In this document: positions 30,314 through 39,845 of the stretch, piece after piece
How positions within the stretch are numbered: position 1 is the stretch's first letter
Layout: each line of letters starts with the position of its first letter
Origin: a virus
Reading direction: 5' to 3' (one strand)
IMG/VR virus record: IMGVR_UViG_3300032401_000690
Coordinates: 1 to 64,000 of that record
Length of the DNA: 64,000 bases
Translations under genes and position numbers: made by a program
The notes under the pieces: generated by a model
Database searches by the model: none
What the model was told of the DNA's origin: nothing
Seen by the model: only the letters and a program-made list of their open reading frames with translations

Positions 30314-31131
30314 ATTCTATAAACCTTTTTAATGTTTTCAGATAAAATAACAGAAGTTAATGATAATGATGATACATCTGCTTTTAGTAGATAATTGCAT
30401 TTAGATAATGTTAAAATTTCTAATAGACATTCTAACCCCATACGATACATATGATGTTCTCCACCATTTTTGTATCTATCATATGGATTTAAATTAGGTG
30501 AGTTTGAATCAGCTCTAGACATTCCATCATGATAAATGATGGGAATTGAAATATTTTCTTTTAATGTTTCAATGATTGAACCATCATCAGTGGATAAAAA
30601 AATTTGTTTAATATCATTATTATTTGATAAAATTTGATTAATTTTTTTAATGTAACTATTTAAAGGTGAAACCCTATGGTTATGTACCATGTCAGTTAAC
30701 CTAACTTGAACACCAAGCGTTATTTTATTTTCTAAATTATTCTGGTAGTATTCGTTTATTTTTTCAACTATGTAAGGTTTTATTTGAAATGAGTCATAGA
30801 ATTTTTTTTTTAAATCAATGAAAATTTCTGTGTTTATAAAAGCATCTTTATTTTCATAACTAAGTACTGATGGTGTATAAAAATTCATGTTTTTATAATC
30901 TTCTGTTAGTGTTGTTTGGTTAAAATAGTATTCCCAACAATTTTTAGTACTATAAATAGTAGGTCCTTTTTCAGTACACACACAATCATTTGTTTCCATA
31001 TCAACAAATAATCTATCGTCATCGCTTAAATAGGTAAGTGCGTTTAAAATAATAAAGATGTTACCAGCAAACTCAACTCCAGCAAATTCGTTTTCTGGTG
31101 ATATTTTTTCAAAAGTAAATTTATAATTCAT
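30310..31131 (-). CDS. NodZ/GT23-like fucosyltransferase-fold protein
   Basis: LGVQVRLTD, IFLSTDD, LSKCNYLL...SS motifs. Confidence 0.7.
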   Translation of the reverse strand: MNYKFTFEKISPENEFAGVEFAGNIFIILNALTYLSDDDRLFVDMETNDCVCTEKGPTIYSTKNCWEYYFNQTTLTEDYKNMNFYTPSVLSYENKDAFINTEIFIDLKKKFYDSFQIKPYIVEKINEYYQNNLENKITLGVQVRLTDMVHNHRVSPLNSYIKKINQILSNNNDIKQIFLSTDDGSIIETLKENISIPIIYHDGMSRADSNSPNLNPYDRYKNGGEHHMYRMGLECLLEILTLSKCNYLLKADVSSLSLTSVILSENIKKVYRI

Positions 31132-31648
31132 CGTAACCTAATTTTTTAGCGTTTTCAATTATTTTTATTGGATTTATTTTTTTAACCAAAATAGCTGGGT
31201 TACCCTTATAAACACCCCATTCTTCGGTGTCTCCAATCAGTAAACTTCCGGAGGTTAATAACACGCCTTTTCTAAGTATTGATCCTGGTAAAACAATTGC
31301 ATTTGTCCCAATATTTGAAAATTCCTCCATTACAACAGGTTCAATAATTTGAGTTCCTTTTAATTCATTTGGGATCATTGCTCCAAATAACCCACTATCA
31401 TCAAATCTATCTGACCCACAAATAATTCTAGCTCCGGCCATTATATTATTAAATCCTTTTGCGGTAAAATAACTATTTTTACCACCAATAATTGTTACGT
31501 ATGGGCTTATATGAACATAATCGCCAATAGTAACATTTGTTGAACAATAAACCCCTTTATCAATTGCCACGTGCGAACCGATTATTGTCAAATCTTGTTT
31601 TGACACTACATCATCGTGAACAACAATATCTTTACCGATTATTTTCAT
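31121..31648 (-). CDS. Hexapeptide-repeat acetyltransferase
   Basis: VTIGDYVHISPYVTI, IGTNAIVLPG, YKGNPA. Confidence 0.85.
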   Translation of the reverse strand: MKIIGKDIVVHDDVVSKQDLTIIGSHVAIDKGVYCSTNVTIGDYVHISPYVTIIGGKNSYFTAKGFNNIMAGARIICGSDRFDDSGLFGAMIPNELKGTQIIEPVVMEEFSNIGTNAIVLPGSILRKGVLLTSGSLLIGDTEEWGVYKGNPAILVKKINPIKIIENAKKLGYDEL

Positions 31649-32259
31649 TATAATAAATCGTTAAATTTAGAATTAATCATTTCATCAATGTTAATCTCAT
31701 TTGATTTTGTTTTAAACATGCCAGAGTTTAAGTGAATATTATCAATTGAATAATAATTATCGTAGTTGTTCATGTCACTAACAATGAAATAAAAAAGTGT
31801 TTTAAATTCAAAATTTTTAATTTTAGACATTTTTTCTAATTTGTCATTAAATAATTGTGTGATTATATTTCTTTCATTTTTGGTTTTATAGCTCATGGCT
31901 CCATTTCCTTGTATACCATTATTAGACCCTGAAGGTATTGGACCCCAAACACCTACTTTATACCCTGAATTTATAAAGTGGTCTAAAAATAAACAATATC
32001 TATCAACACATTCTATAACAACATCTTCATATGTTCTATTATTATTATCGGCAACAAATCCTAAATGACACCTAGCATCAATTTCACCAAAAGAAAAGAA
32101 TATATAATCCGAATTTTTGTTGATTGGGTTAGACAATAAAAAACTATCTATTTGTGAAATTTTTTTTATGTTTTGATATGCCGTTGGTGCCGTCAACCAC
32201 AATTTAACATATGAATCATTAAATGATTGTACGTGGCTATCACCTACTAAATAAATCAT
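31648..32259 (-). CDS. SGNH/GDSL-fold hydrolase or acyltransferase
   Basis: GDSH at N-terminus, GEIDAR, DNIH near C-terminus. Confidence 0.75.
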   Translation of the reverse strand: MIYLVGDSHVQSFNDSYVKLWLTAPTAYQNIKKISQIDSFLLSNPINKNSDYIFFSFGEIDARCHLGFVADNNNRTYEDVVIECVDRYCLFLDHFINSGYKVGVWGPIPSGSNNGIQGNGAMSYKTKNERNIITQLFNDKLEKMSKIKNFEFKTLFYFIVSDMNNYDNYYSIDNIHLNSGMFKTKSNEINIDEMINSKFNDLL

Positions 32260-32284
32260 AATTTTTTTTATTTTTTTTTATTTT

Positions 32285-32887
32285 TTATTTACCCCAAGAT
32301 TCCCATACAAATGGATAATCAAAATTTATTTTAAATCCATTATCCAATAAATTATTACGGATTTTTTCTCTTCTTTCTATATCCCCCTCAATCCCCAAAT
32401 GAAATTGTATTTGTATGTTTTTAAATTTGTTAATCGACCCTGTTAATATCATATTTTCTAAAAGTGGGTATTCATCACCTTCAATATTAATCTGTATAAG
32501 ATCAACGTATTCTAAACCAAAATTATTTAGGATAGTATCAATGGTATTAAATTTAACATTTATCCCATTCCCATTAATTAAATTAGATGAACTACCATCT
32601 CCTCCCATATAAATAATACCATCTTTATCTTCAATTCCAACACCAACATTTAATAATCTAACTTTGGAGTTATTCTCAAATTTGGAGACCATACCACCAT
32701 AAAAACTATGAACAGGTTCTAAAATATAAACGTTTGGGTTATATTTTTCAATCATTTGTTGAGCCCAAACACCAGTGTATCCACCCAAATCCATAATGAT
32801 TGAGTTTTCATTTAAATCATATGTTATGTTATGGGTATAATCTCCCCTATCATTAAACCATCTACCTATCTCATTACTATTACTCAT
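32285..32887 (-). CDS. FkbM-family methyltransferase
   Basis: MDLGGYTG, EP, IQINIEGDEY, QFH. Confidence 0.85.
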   Translation of the reverse strand: MSNSNEIGRWFNDRGDYTHNITYDLNENSIIMDLGGYTGVWAQQMIEKYNPNVYILEPVHSFYGGMVSKFENNSKVRLLNVGVGIEDKDGIIYMGGDGSSSNLINGNGINVKFNTIDTILNNFGLEYVDLIQINIEGDEYPLLENMILTGSINKFKNIQIQFHLGIEGDIERREKIRNNLLDNGFKINFDYPFVWESWGK

Positions 32888-33299
32888 TTGTTATAAATTT
32901 TTTATCAAGTGATTGACCCTCATATGGTCCTGTTTTATATTCATAAACAATCGTATCTTCCTCAAGTATTTCATATGTGTGACCACCATAAAGGGTAAAA
33001 CTCGCATCTCCAGCATATAAAATTGGAGTTGCTATAATTTGATCATCAATATCAAACAAAATACATTTAACACTACCTTTAATAACAACCCAAGATTCTT
33101 GAGCTATTTGTTCCGCATAGTGCCTATCTTTAGTAATATGTTTATGTGGTGGAAATGTTTTATCTTTTTCCATCTTTAATGTTGCACATTGAATAAAATT
33201 ATTTTCAGGTATAACTTCTGTTCTACCATTAATATCATCCAATCTATTAATTACGTGTAATAGTTTTTTTGTTTCTACTTTTGAGTATATTTTTTCCAT
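32880..33299 (-). CDS. Cupin-fold protein (WbuC-like, sugar-locus associated)
   Basis: PHKH...QESW...GGHTY...EYKTGPY. Confidence 0.7.
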   Translation of the reverse strand: MEKIYSKVETKKLLHVINRLDDINGRTEVIPENNFIQCATLKMEKDKTFPPHKHITKDRHYAEQIAQESWVVIKGSVKCILFDIDDQIIATPILYAGDASFTLYGGHTYEILEEDTIVYEYKTGPYEGQSLDKKFITNE

Positions 33300-33302
33300 C
33301 TT

Positions 33303-34103
33303 TTAAATTTTAATCCAACTCTCAGGTATTATATCGTTGGTGTTATGTTGTATGTTTGATCCAAACCATTTTTTTGGTCCAACCACTATTTTATTATCAT
33401 TATTATTTAACCATGCTCCCCACCAAGAAAATGATGAATTAGATATTATATTATTATTACATAACGACATTAAATATAACTCAATGTAATCTTTTTCATT
33501 TTCAATGTAAATAATATTATCTAAAATTAGATTGTCTTTACACCATTGAATGTCGTCACTAAAAACAATAAAAATATCAGTTTTATCATTTAACATTTTA
33601 ATACTTTTTTTGTAATATTCTATAGATTGTGTTGGGTGATGATTTGGATAATTAATATAATCACCTCTCCTAACGTGGATACTGGTCGTTTTTTTATTTT
33701 GGTCAAAATTGTATTTTTTTTGTATATAATCTTCAGGTATAAAATTAAAATCTAAAAATTCTAAAATTGATTCTCTATTATGTTTGAAATATTTTTCACT
33801 TTGGAAAAACCCATCAATTTGTATATCCCCATTTATTAATGGGGTGTCAACGTATTCAAATGGATACACTCTTAAGGGAATACTTTTAGTGATTGGTGAT
33901 GTTATAATATTTTTAAATAATTTTAAATATTCGTGACTATAATCCAAAATAGGGTTATGGGTTTTATCTGAATTCAAATAATTTAAATGTGTAATAAGAT
34001 TAGGAAAACTACATTCAGTATTATTATCTATTGATAACGATTTTGTCGCCGCAATTTGAAATAGCACATTACCTATGCCTCCTTTTAAATTACAATAAAT
34101 CAT
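33303..34103 (-). CDS. Glycosyltransferase family 11 (alpha-1,2-fucosyltransferase-like)
   Basis: GGIGNVLFQ, GFFQSEKYF, SIHVRRGDY, FSDD, NSSFSWWGAWL. Confidence 0.92.
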   Translation of the reverse strand: MIYCNLKGGIGNVLFQIAATKSLSIDNNTECSFPNLITHLNYLNSDKTHNPILDYSHEYLKLFKNIITSPITKSIPLRVYPFEYVDTPLINGDIQIDGFFQSEKYFKHNRESILEFLDFNFIPEDYIQKKYNFDQNKKTTSIHVRRGDYINYPNHHPTQSIEYYKKSIKMLNDKTDIFIVFSDDIQWCKDNLILDNIIYIENEKDYIELYLMSLCNNNIISNSSFSWWGAWLNNNDNKIVVGPKKWFGSNIQHNTNDIIPESWIKI

Positions 34104-34827
34104 TTTTATTTAATTTATCATATGGTTTATACGACCTGATTTTGTTTACGACATTACTGATTTTATCCATATTAACTTTGTGATCATTGATTGGGTTACC
34201 TTCATTATATATGTAATTAATTTCAGTCATAAATTTATAATTGGTTGGTCCACACATTTCAACCATAGGATACATAAACGCAACATCTCCCGCAACAGAC
34301 CAATAATTACCGTTTTCATCTTTTAAATCGTCAACTTTAATTTTCTTCCATAAAAAAGATTTCCAAGTTCTTAAATGAGTTAAAGTAAATGGTTGGTACC
34401 TAATATTTTCAAAAGTTGTATGAGGTTTTGCAAATCCAATCCTACCATCGTGATATAAAAAACTACCATTTGCCAACCAAATATCACCACTATTATATGT
34501 TTTAATTACTCTATCAAAAACCTCATTGTCGGGTAACCAATCGTCACCATCAACCTCAATACAAATATCTTCGTCTAAAACATTATAATTACCTCTAATT
34601 ACTTGATCGTAATTTCCAGGTTGATACATTTTTAATTTATTTTCAATTAAAATAAATCTATCATCATTTTTTATAAAATCTTTAATTTTATTTACGGTAT
34701 TGTCGGTTGACATATCATCAGTTATAAAACATCTAAAATTTTTATATTTTTGATTCATAATTGATGACAGGCATTTTTCAATATAATTTTCACAATTATA
34801 GGATGTTGTTAATATAATTAAGTTCAT
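34090..34827 (-). CDS. Glycosyltransferase family 2
   Basis: YNCENYIEKCLSSIMNQ, DDMSTD, VDGDD. Confidence 0.88.
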   Translation of the reverse strand: MNLIILTTSYNCENYIEKCLSSIMNQKYKNFRCFITDDMSTDNTVNKIKDFIKNDDRFILIENKLKMYQPGNYDQVIRGNYNVLDEDICIEVDGDDWLPDNEVFDRVIKTYNSGDIWLANGSFLYHDGRIGFAKPHTTFENIRYQPFTLTHLRTWKSFLWKKIKVDDLKDENGNYWSVAGDVAFMYPMVEMCGPTNYKFMTEINYIYNEGNPINDHKVNMDKISNVVNKIRSYKPYDKLNKNDLL

Positions 34828-35702
34828 AATATTTTTATATATTCTTCTTTTATTTTTTTTGCCACTTCCATACCATCAAATTTACTTATGTCGGAAGGTA
34901 CCTCAAAACGATCTTTACTAATTATTTCCCCAAGTGAATTTACATTATAAATCCATCCAGGTTTTCCACACATCCACCCCTCAATAGTTGTTCTACCTAA
35001 AAGGATACCTGCAGTCTCACTACAATTTTTAACAAAATCCTCAACATTATATGTGTCTTCGTAATACTTAACGTGAGAATTTTCTAACAGACCAGACAAA
35101 TAATATGATGAGTTTTTACCTACTAACCATAATTCTTTACCAATATTTTTTGTATACTCTACCAAATCTTCAATTGATTTTTGTCTTAAATAATCAATTG
35201 TCCCTACAAATAGAACATAACCATTATCTGTAGTATTGGTTGGGTTAAATCTATTAGAATCAATAGGGTTATAAATAACTTCAATTTTATCTTTTGGTAT
35301 GTTAAAATTATTTATTAAATGGTCTTTAATTTCAGGTCTAATGGCAATGTATTTTAGAATACTATTATCCATTACAGGATTTTCTAAAGATATCACTTCA
35401 GAATGGATTGTAGTTATTTTTTTAATATTTGGAAATGCTTTAACCAACGCTTCTGTGATTGGTTTATGTTGTGTATGTATTATATCAAATATTTGAGTAA
35501 GAAGTTGTGTGTCAAAATTATGTATTTTTATACCATTTTTTTGAGCTAATGAAACTAAAGGATCTCCAAGATTTGGTGATGTTATAGTGACATCACAATC
35601 AAGTTGTGTTAAATATTTAGATAATTCGTAAATATACATTTCAGATCCCGTGAAATTTTTAAAGGATAAACACCCAATTAATATTTTTATTTTATTTGAC
35701 AT
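34824..35702 (-). CDS. GT4-like glycosyltransferase
   Basis: TGSEMY, VIYNPID, GRTTIEGWMCGKP. Confidence 0.75.
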   Translation of the reverse strand: MSNKIKILIGCLSFKNFTGSEMYIYELSKYLTQLDCDVTITSPNLGDPLVSLAQKNGIKIHNFDTQLLTQIFDIIHTQHKPITEALVKAFPNIKKITTIHSEVISLENPVMDNSILKYIAIRPEIKDHLINNFNIPKDKIEVIYNPIDSNRFNPTNTTDNGYVLFVGTIDYLRQKSIEDLVEYTKNIGKELWLVGKNSSYYLSGLLENSHVKYYEDTYNVEDFVKNCSETAGILLGRTTIEGWMCGKPGWIYNVNSLGEIISKDRFEVPSDISKFDGMEVAKKIKEEYIKIL

Positions 35703-35714
35703 CAGTTTTATTTA

Positions 35715-37223
35715 TTAAATGTAATAAAGGTTATTTTTTATTTTATCAAAATTTAATTTAATTAATGGTAATAAAATTTTATTGTATTCCATAATAATTT
35801 CCCCCATTTCTAAATCAATATTTCTTGTTTTAGATTCATAATGGTACGCAACACAATTACTACTAATAATGTTATTGTAATCTTTAATTTTAAATTGTAA
35901 ATTAAGTTCAACATCCTCCCAACAATATTTATAATTTTCACTAAACATTCCAAGTTTATTAAAAATATCTTTTCTAACCATCATTAAAGCCGCGGTATTA
36001 CCAACCACATTTGATTGATCACTAGTATAGTTAAAATACGACTCTTTATTTTTATGTGTTACACTTATTGATTTATTTGTTTGATTAACATATATAGATA
36101 TTCCATCATGTTGTAGTGTGTTATTTGGATAATGTAGTCTAGCACCAACTGTCCCAACTTTATTTGTTGTTTTAAAAATTCTTAACATTTCATAAATAAC
36201 ATTGTTAAGAACTTTAATATCGTTATTACAAAACAATAAAAATTCGTAATCATCATTTATGTGATTTTTAACAACATCGTTATTAATTTTTGCAAAATTA
36301 TAATAATCGTATTCAATTAATCTTATGTTGTTATTTAGTTGGATATAACTTTTTATGATTTCCTTTTCATCATCTGTTGATCCCGTATCCGCAATAAAAA
36401 TATCAAATAGTTTTTCATTACAATGTTCATAAAATGAATTAATACAATCCAATAACATTTCCACATTACCTTTTGTTGGGATTATAATTGCAACCTTACC
36501 AATATTTTTTAAAGGTTTTTCTTTAATTACCGGAACATAAACCGATTCAGGTTTTAAATCTAATGGTAATTCACTTCCCCATTTCTCAACGAACTTATCT
36601 TTGCTTTCCCAAAACTCTTGGTTTGGTCTACCAACAGATTGATGTGTTATCTCAAATGATGAGGTTACACCAATCTTAACTCCCGATAAGTAATTTGGTA
36701 CACAGAATAGATGATCGTAGAAGTGGAACTTACCAATGGTTGTATCAAACATATGATTACATTTTGTTTTATCAAACGACATAAACAAACCATCAATTGT
36801 TACAACTGGAACTAAAAAAGGTAATTTTGGAGAATATTTACTTAAGAATTTTTTTTGACCATCAGGGTGATGATAAACTTGCCCGACCATTGTTTGGTTC
36901 ATTCTGTCCCAATAAACTCCTGACTCGGGAAAATAACAAGAACCTGCTTTGCCTATAATACCATAGTCGGGATTATCCTCAAAATCTTTTAATAATTTTT
37001 TACCCCAATTTTTCTCAAGTTTAATATCGTTATGACAACAAACAATTATATTATAAATTGATTCAGTAATTCCGGAGTTATAAACATTTGATAATGAATG
37101 TTCATTATGATTTTCATATTCTAATATCTGAGGATCTTTAACCCCAACAGTTTGTAACAAATGTTGTCTAAATTTGTTATTATATTCTTGATCTTTATGT
37201 GTTGAATATATTATTGTTATCAT
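35715..37223 (-). CDS. Two-domain glycosyltransferase family 2
   Basis: N-domain CHND..FHFYD; C-domain IIIPT, DTGS, CNND, EDVEL, YHYESKTR. Confidence 0.85.
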   Translation of the reverse strand: MITIIYSTHKDQEYNNKFRQHLLQTVGVKDPQILEYENHNEHSLSNVYNSGITESIYNIIVCCHNDIKLEKNWGKKLLKDFEDNPDYGIIGKAGSCYFPESGVYWDRMNQTMVGQVYHHPDGQKKFLSKYSPKLPFLVPVVTIDGLFMSFDKTKCNHMFDTTIGKFHFYDHLFCVPNYLSGVKIGVTSSFEITHQSVGRPNQEFWESKDKFVEKWGSELPLDLKPESVYVPVIKEKPLKNIGKVAIIIPTKGNVEMLLDCINSFYEHCNEKLFDIFIADTGSTDDEKEIIKSYIQLNNNIRLIEYDYYNFAKINNDVVKNHINDDYEFLLFCNNDIKVLNNVIYEMLRIFKTTNKVGTVGARLHYPNNTLQHDGISIYVNQTNKSISVTHKNKESYFNYTSDQSNVVGNTAALMMVRKDIFNKLGMFSENYKYCWEDVELNLQFKIKDYNNIISSNCVAYHYESKTRNIDLEMGEIIMEYNKILLPLIKLNFDKIKNNLYYI

Positions 37224-37522
37224 ATCCCAGTACTCCCGAATCCTTTCTCTCCTCGGTCTTTATTGTTTATGTTATCAACCTTTGTTAATTTAATCCACTT
37301 ACCTGAAACCACGGGTGAAATAACTGCTTGTGCGATTTTCTGACCTTTTTTAATTATAACATTATTTTTTGTTGTATTAAATAGTATAACTTGAATTTCT
37401 CCTGTATATCCACAATTATGTATTAGATGGTCATTACAAAAAAAGTTATGATTATTAGATACCGTAATATCATAAGTTTGGTTTTTTGATTTTGAGATTT
37501 TTTTTATTTTAGTTGTTTTCAT
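37220..37522 (-). CDS. dut: Split-intein C-fragment (36 aa) fused to dUTPase C-terminal part (64 aa)
   Basis: TYDITVSNNHNFFCNDHLIHN|CGYTGEIQV...KIAQAV...RGEKGFGSTG (dUTPase motifs 3-end, 4 and 5). Confidence 0.92.
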   Translation of the reverse strand: MKTTKIKKISKSKNQTYDITVSNNHNFFCNDHLIHNCGYTGEIQVILFNTTKNNVIIKKGQKIAQAVISPVVSGKWIKLTKVDNINNKDRGEKGFGSTGI

Positions 37523-38393
37523 TTATAAAAGTTTTTAAATCATTAACACTATAAAATATTTTATAGTTTTTATATATCTGTTTTGTATAATATTCCTTAA
37601 CGTCAACCTCTTCAGTATTCCACCCCTTCATTTCAATAATATAGGATAATCCGTTATTAAATTCAACCAAAAAATCAGGAACATAGTGTCTATTTATGTC
37701 GTTATAAAAATATTTTATTCTAATCCCATGTTTATTTGTCCATGTTTTTACTAAAGTAGAGGAATCGAATAATTTCATAGACTCTAATTCGTAAGAGGAT
37801 GCGTACATAAAAATTTCATTATTTTTTGAAGTATATTTACCGGTCTTATATTTATTAGATTGATTACTGATTATTCCATCGGCATATAGTTGAGATATTT
37901 TTTTAGACATATTTTCTCTATATTCTAATGATTTCTCACATCTTCCGTCGTTTAACGACTTTTTTATTGATTCTATTGTTTTTTCTCTATACTCATTATT
38001 TTTCCACTTTTCTTTTGACGTTTTAGATATTTTTTCAATTCTTTCGTCAGATATTACCCATTTTTTAAACTCTTCCGACGATTTCCAATTCGTAAATCCA
38101 GAAAAAATTTCAGGAGTTTCCTTATGAATTTTTTTAATCTTTTCAGACATACTTTTCCTAAATTCAGGATTTTTATGTGTTATATTTCTAATTTTTATTT
38201 GTTTGTCTCTATAGTCGGGGTCTGACCAATTTTTTTTTGATCTTTCCGATATTTTTTTTAACTCATCATTTGATTTCACTTGAGAACCTACAAACATTAA
38301 TTTATAGTCCGAACTATTCATTTTATGTTCAAATTTTAAGTGCTCAACAATTGAACACTTTTTTTCCACACCACAAATTAAACATTTCACCAT
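37509..38393 (-). CDS. Free-standing endonuclease between the dUTPase halves (zinc finger, helical DNA-binding repeats, TnsA-like PD-(D/E)XK domain)
   Basis: CLICG...HLKFEH; repeated E.R.K.S motifs; YASSYE, YVPDFLV, IIEMKG. Confidence 0.8.
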   Translation of the reverse strand: MVKCLICGVEKKCSIVEHLKFEHKMNSSDYKLMFVGSQVKSNDELKKISERSKKNWSDPDYRDKQIKIRNITHKNPEFRKSMSEKIKKIHKETPEIFSGFTNWKSSEEFKKWVISDERIEKISKTSKEKWKNNEYREKTIESIKKSLNDGRCEKSLEYRENMSKKISQLYADGIISNQSNKYKTGKYTSKNNEIFMYASSYELESMKLFDSSTLVKTWTNKHGIRIKYFYNDINRHYVPDFLVEFNNGLSYIIEMKGWNTEEVDVKEYYTKQIYKNYKIFYSVNDLKTFINENN

Positions 38394-38431
38394 AATACCC
38401 CTTATCTATATTGATAAATAGTATGCTGGTG

Positions 38432-39124
38432 TTAAAAAATTATGATTTCATCGTTTTCGGTTAAATTTTTTGCCAACTTAATCCCGTCTTTAGTGTAAAC
38501 CTCACTATTAAGGGTAACCTCAAGAATTCCATGTTCGGTGTCAATTAATAATATTTCTTGGACTCCAGTATCAAAAATGGATGATATGACATCTTTCTCA
38601 ATCTCTAAAGAATCTTCATTAAATGAATAAACGATATCCCCAATCCTCAGTTCTTTGATTGTCTTATCTCCGTCAATGGTTAATATCTTCATGTTTTCAG
38701 AAAAACAATCCACCGTCCCCGGAGAATTTAATACCATAAGCCCTTGTTTTAAAGCCAAACCACTCTTAGGCCTCACCTGTACCTCATACCCGTCAGGAAT
38801 ATCAATATGTAACCCCGTTGGAATTAATGATCTACCAAACGATTCTATTTCAATTTCTTCAGTTGAAAACAAATCAAATCCAGAATCTGTTGGGTAAGCA
38901 TATGATGGGTCAATAGAATCAACGTTGGATTGAGAATACTCAACTTTCATTTTTTGTTCAAAGTTTGCCATATCTCGTTCAAGTTCGGCAACATCAACAC
39001 CAAAAATATCCATTATGTTTTGGTAGTCAGGTTCTTCATCACCAAACATATCCTCAAGTTCTTGGAGATTTTCTAGTTGATTAAGTAAGTCCCCAAGATT
39101 TTCTTCTTCTTCCTCGTTAATCAT
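38432..39124 (-). CDS. dut: dUTPase N-terminal part (139 aa) fused to split-intein N-fragment (91 aa)
   Basis: DSGFDL (motif 1), IPTGL, RPKSGLA (motif 2), NSPGTVD|CFSENMKILT (intein block A starting at 38707). Confidence 0.92.
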   Translation of the reverse strand: MINEEEEENLGDLLNQLENLQELEDMFGDEEPDYQNIMDIFGVDVAELERDMANFEQKMKVEYSQSNVDSIDPSYAYPTDSGFDLFSTEEIEIESFGRSLIPTGLHIDIPDGYEVQVRPKSGLALKQGLMVLNSPGTVDCFSENMKILTIDGDKTIKELRIGDIVYSFNEDSLEIEKDVISSIFDTGVQEILLIDTEHGILEVTLNSEVYTKDGIKLAKNLTENDEIIIF

Positions 39125-39840
39125 TTTAATTCCTTTAATTTTTTAATAGTATCAACCAATACCACAACATCTTTTTCACAGTAATCTGATATCTCTTTTA
39201 ACATATTTTTATTCCAATAGTAGTCGTGAACTTTATCTCCCGTCACTTCACCATCTTTTGGTGTTGGTATATCCAAACAAGTACACATAAGATCCAACGA
39301 TCCGATGGAAGTATAAGAACCATATTGCCAAATCTCTTTGGTATCAATTGCCTTAACTTCCCAAGGTTTTGTATCATACGATGGTAAAAGTTTTGATGGC
39401 ATAATCCCATTTATAATCATTCGTTTTGCCATCATCGGTATATCAAAATTCTTTAGGTTATGACCACAAAGATAAAAATCTAATTTTTGGCAACGATCCA
39501 ATAGATTTCTTACTTGTAATAAAACTTCTTTTTCATCATCACCTGAGAATGTTTGTTTCTTGATATCACCATTGTCCATAACGAACGCCAATGAAACACA
39601 AACAATCTTTGCAAATTCAGGAACAAGTGCCGCCCTTTTCTTAAACACCTCATTTTTCCATTCCATTTCAGATTCCCCAATCATAGTATCTTCGGGAAAT
39701 CTTTTTAGGAACCAATCAAAGTATTTATTAAACTGATCGGCAACTGAACTATTTAAAGTTTGGCATACCTCAAAGTCAGGACAACAACCTACAGTTTCTA
39801 TATCAAGAAACAAAATTTTTGTAATTGGAATATTAATCAT
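39121..39840 (-). CDS. DEDD 3'-5' exonuclease (PolB-exonuclease-like, standalone)
   Basis: LFLDIET, GHNLKNFDIP, YCEKDV. Confidence 0.85.
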   Translation of the reverse strand: MINIPITKILFLDIETVGCCPDFEVCQTLNSSVADQFNKYFDWFLKRFPEDTMIGESEMEWKNEVFKKRAALVPEFAKIVCVSLAFVMDNGDIKKQTFSGDDEKEVLLQVRNLLDRCQKLDFYLCGHNLKNFDIPMMAKRMIINGIMPSKLLPSYDTKPWEVKAIDTKEIWQYGSYTSIGSLDLMCTCLDIPTPKDGEVTGDKVHDYYWNKNMLKEISDYCEKDVVVLVDTIKKLKELK

Positions 39841-39845
39841 ATTAT

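Noticed and set aside
27872-37223. Bacterial chromosomal O-antigen locus (prophage boundary or chimera)
   Set aside because: Co-oriented and tightly packed with phage genes on both sides; no wzx/wzy/ABC exporter or housekeeping genes
37509-38432. Group I intron interrupting dUTPase
   Set aside because: Gaps around the endonuclease are under 40 nt, too short for a ribozyme core, and intein motifs explain the break
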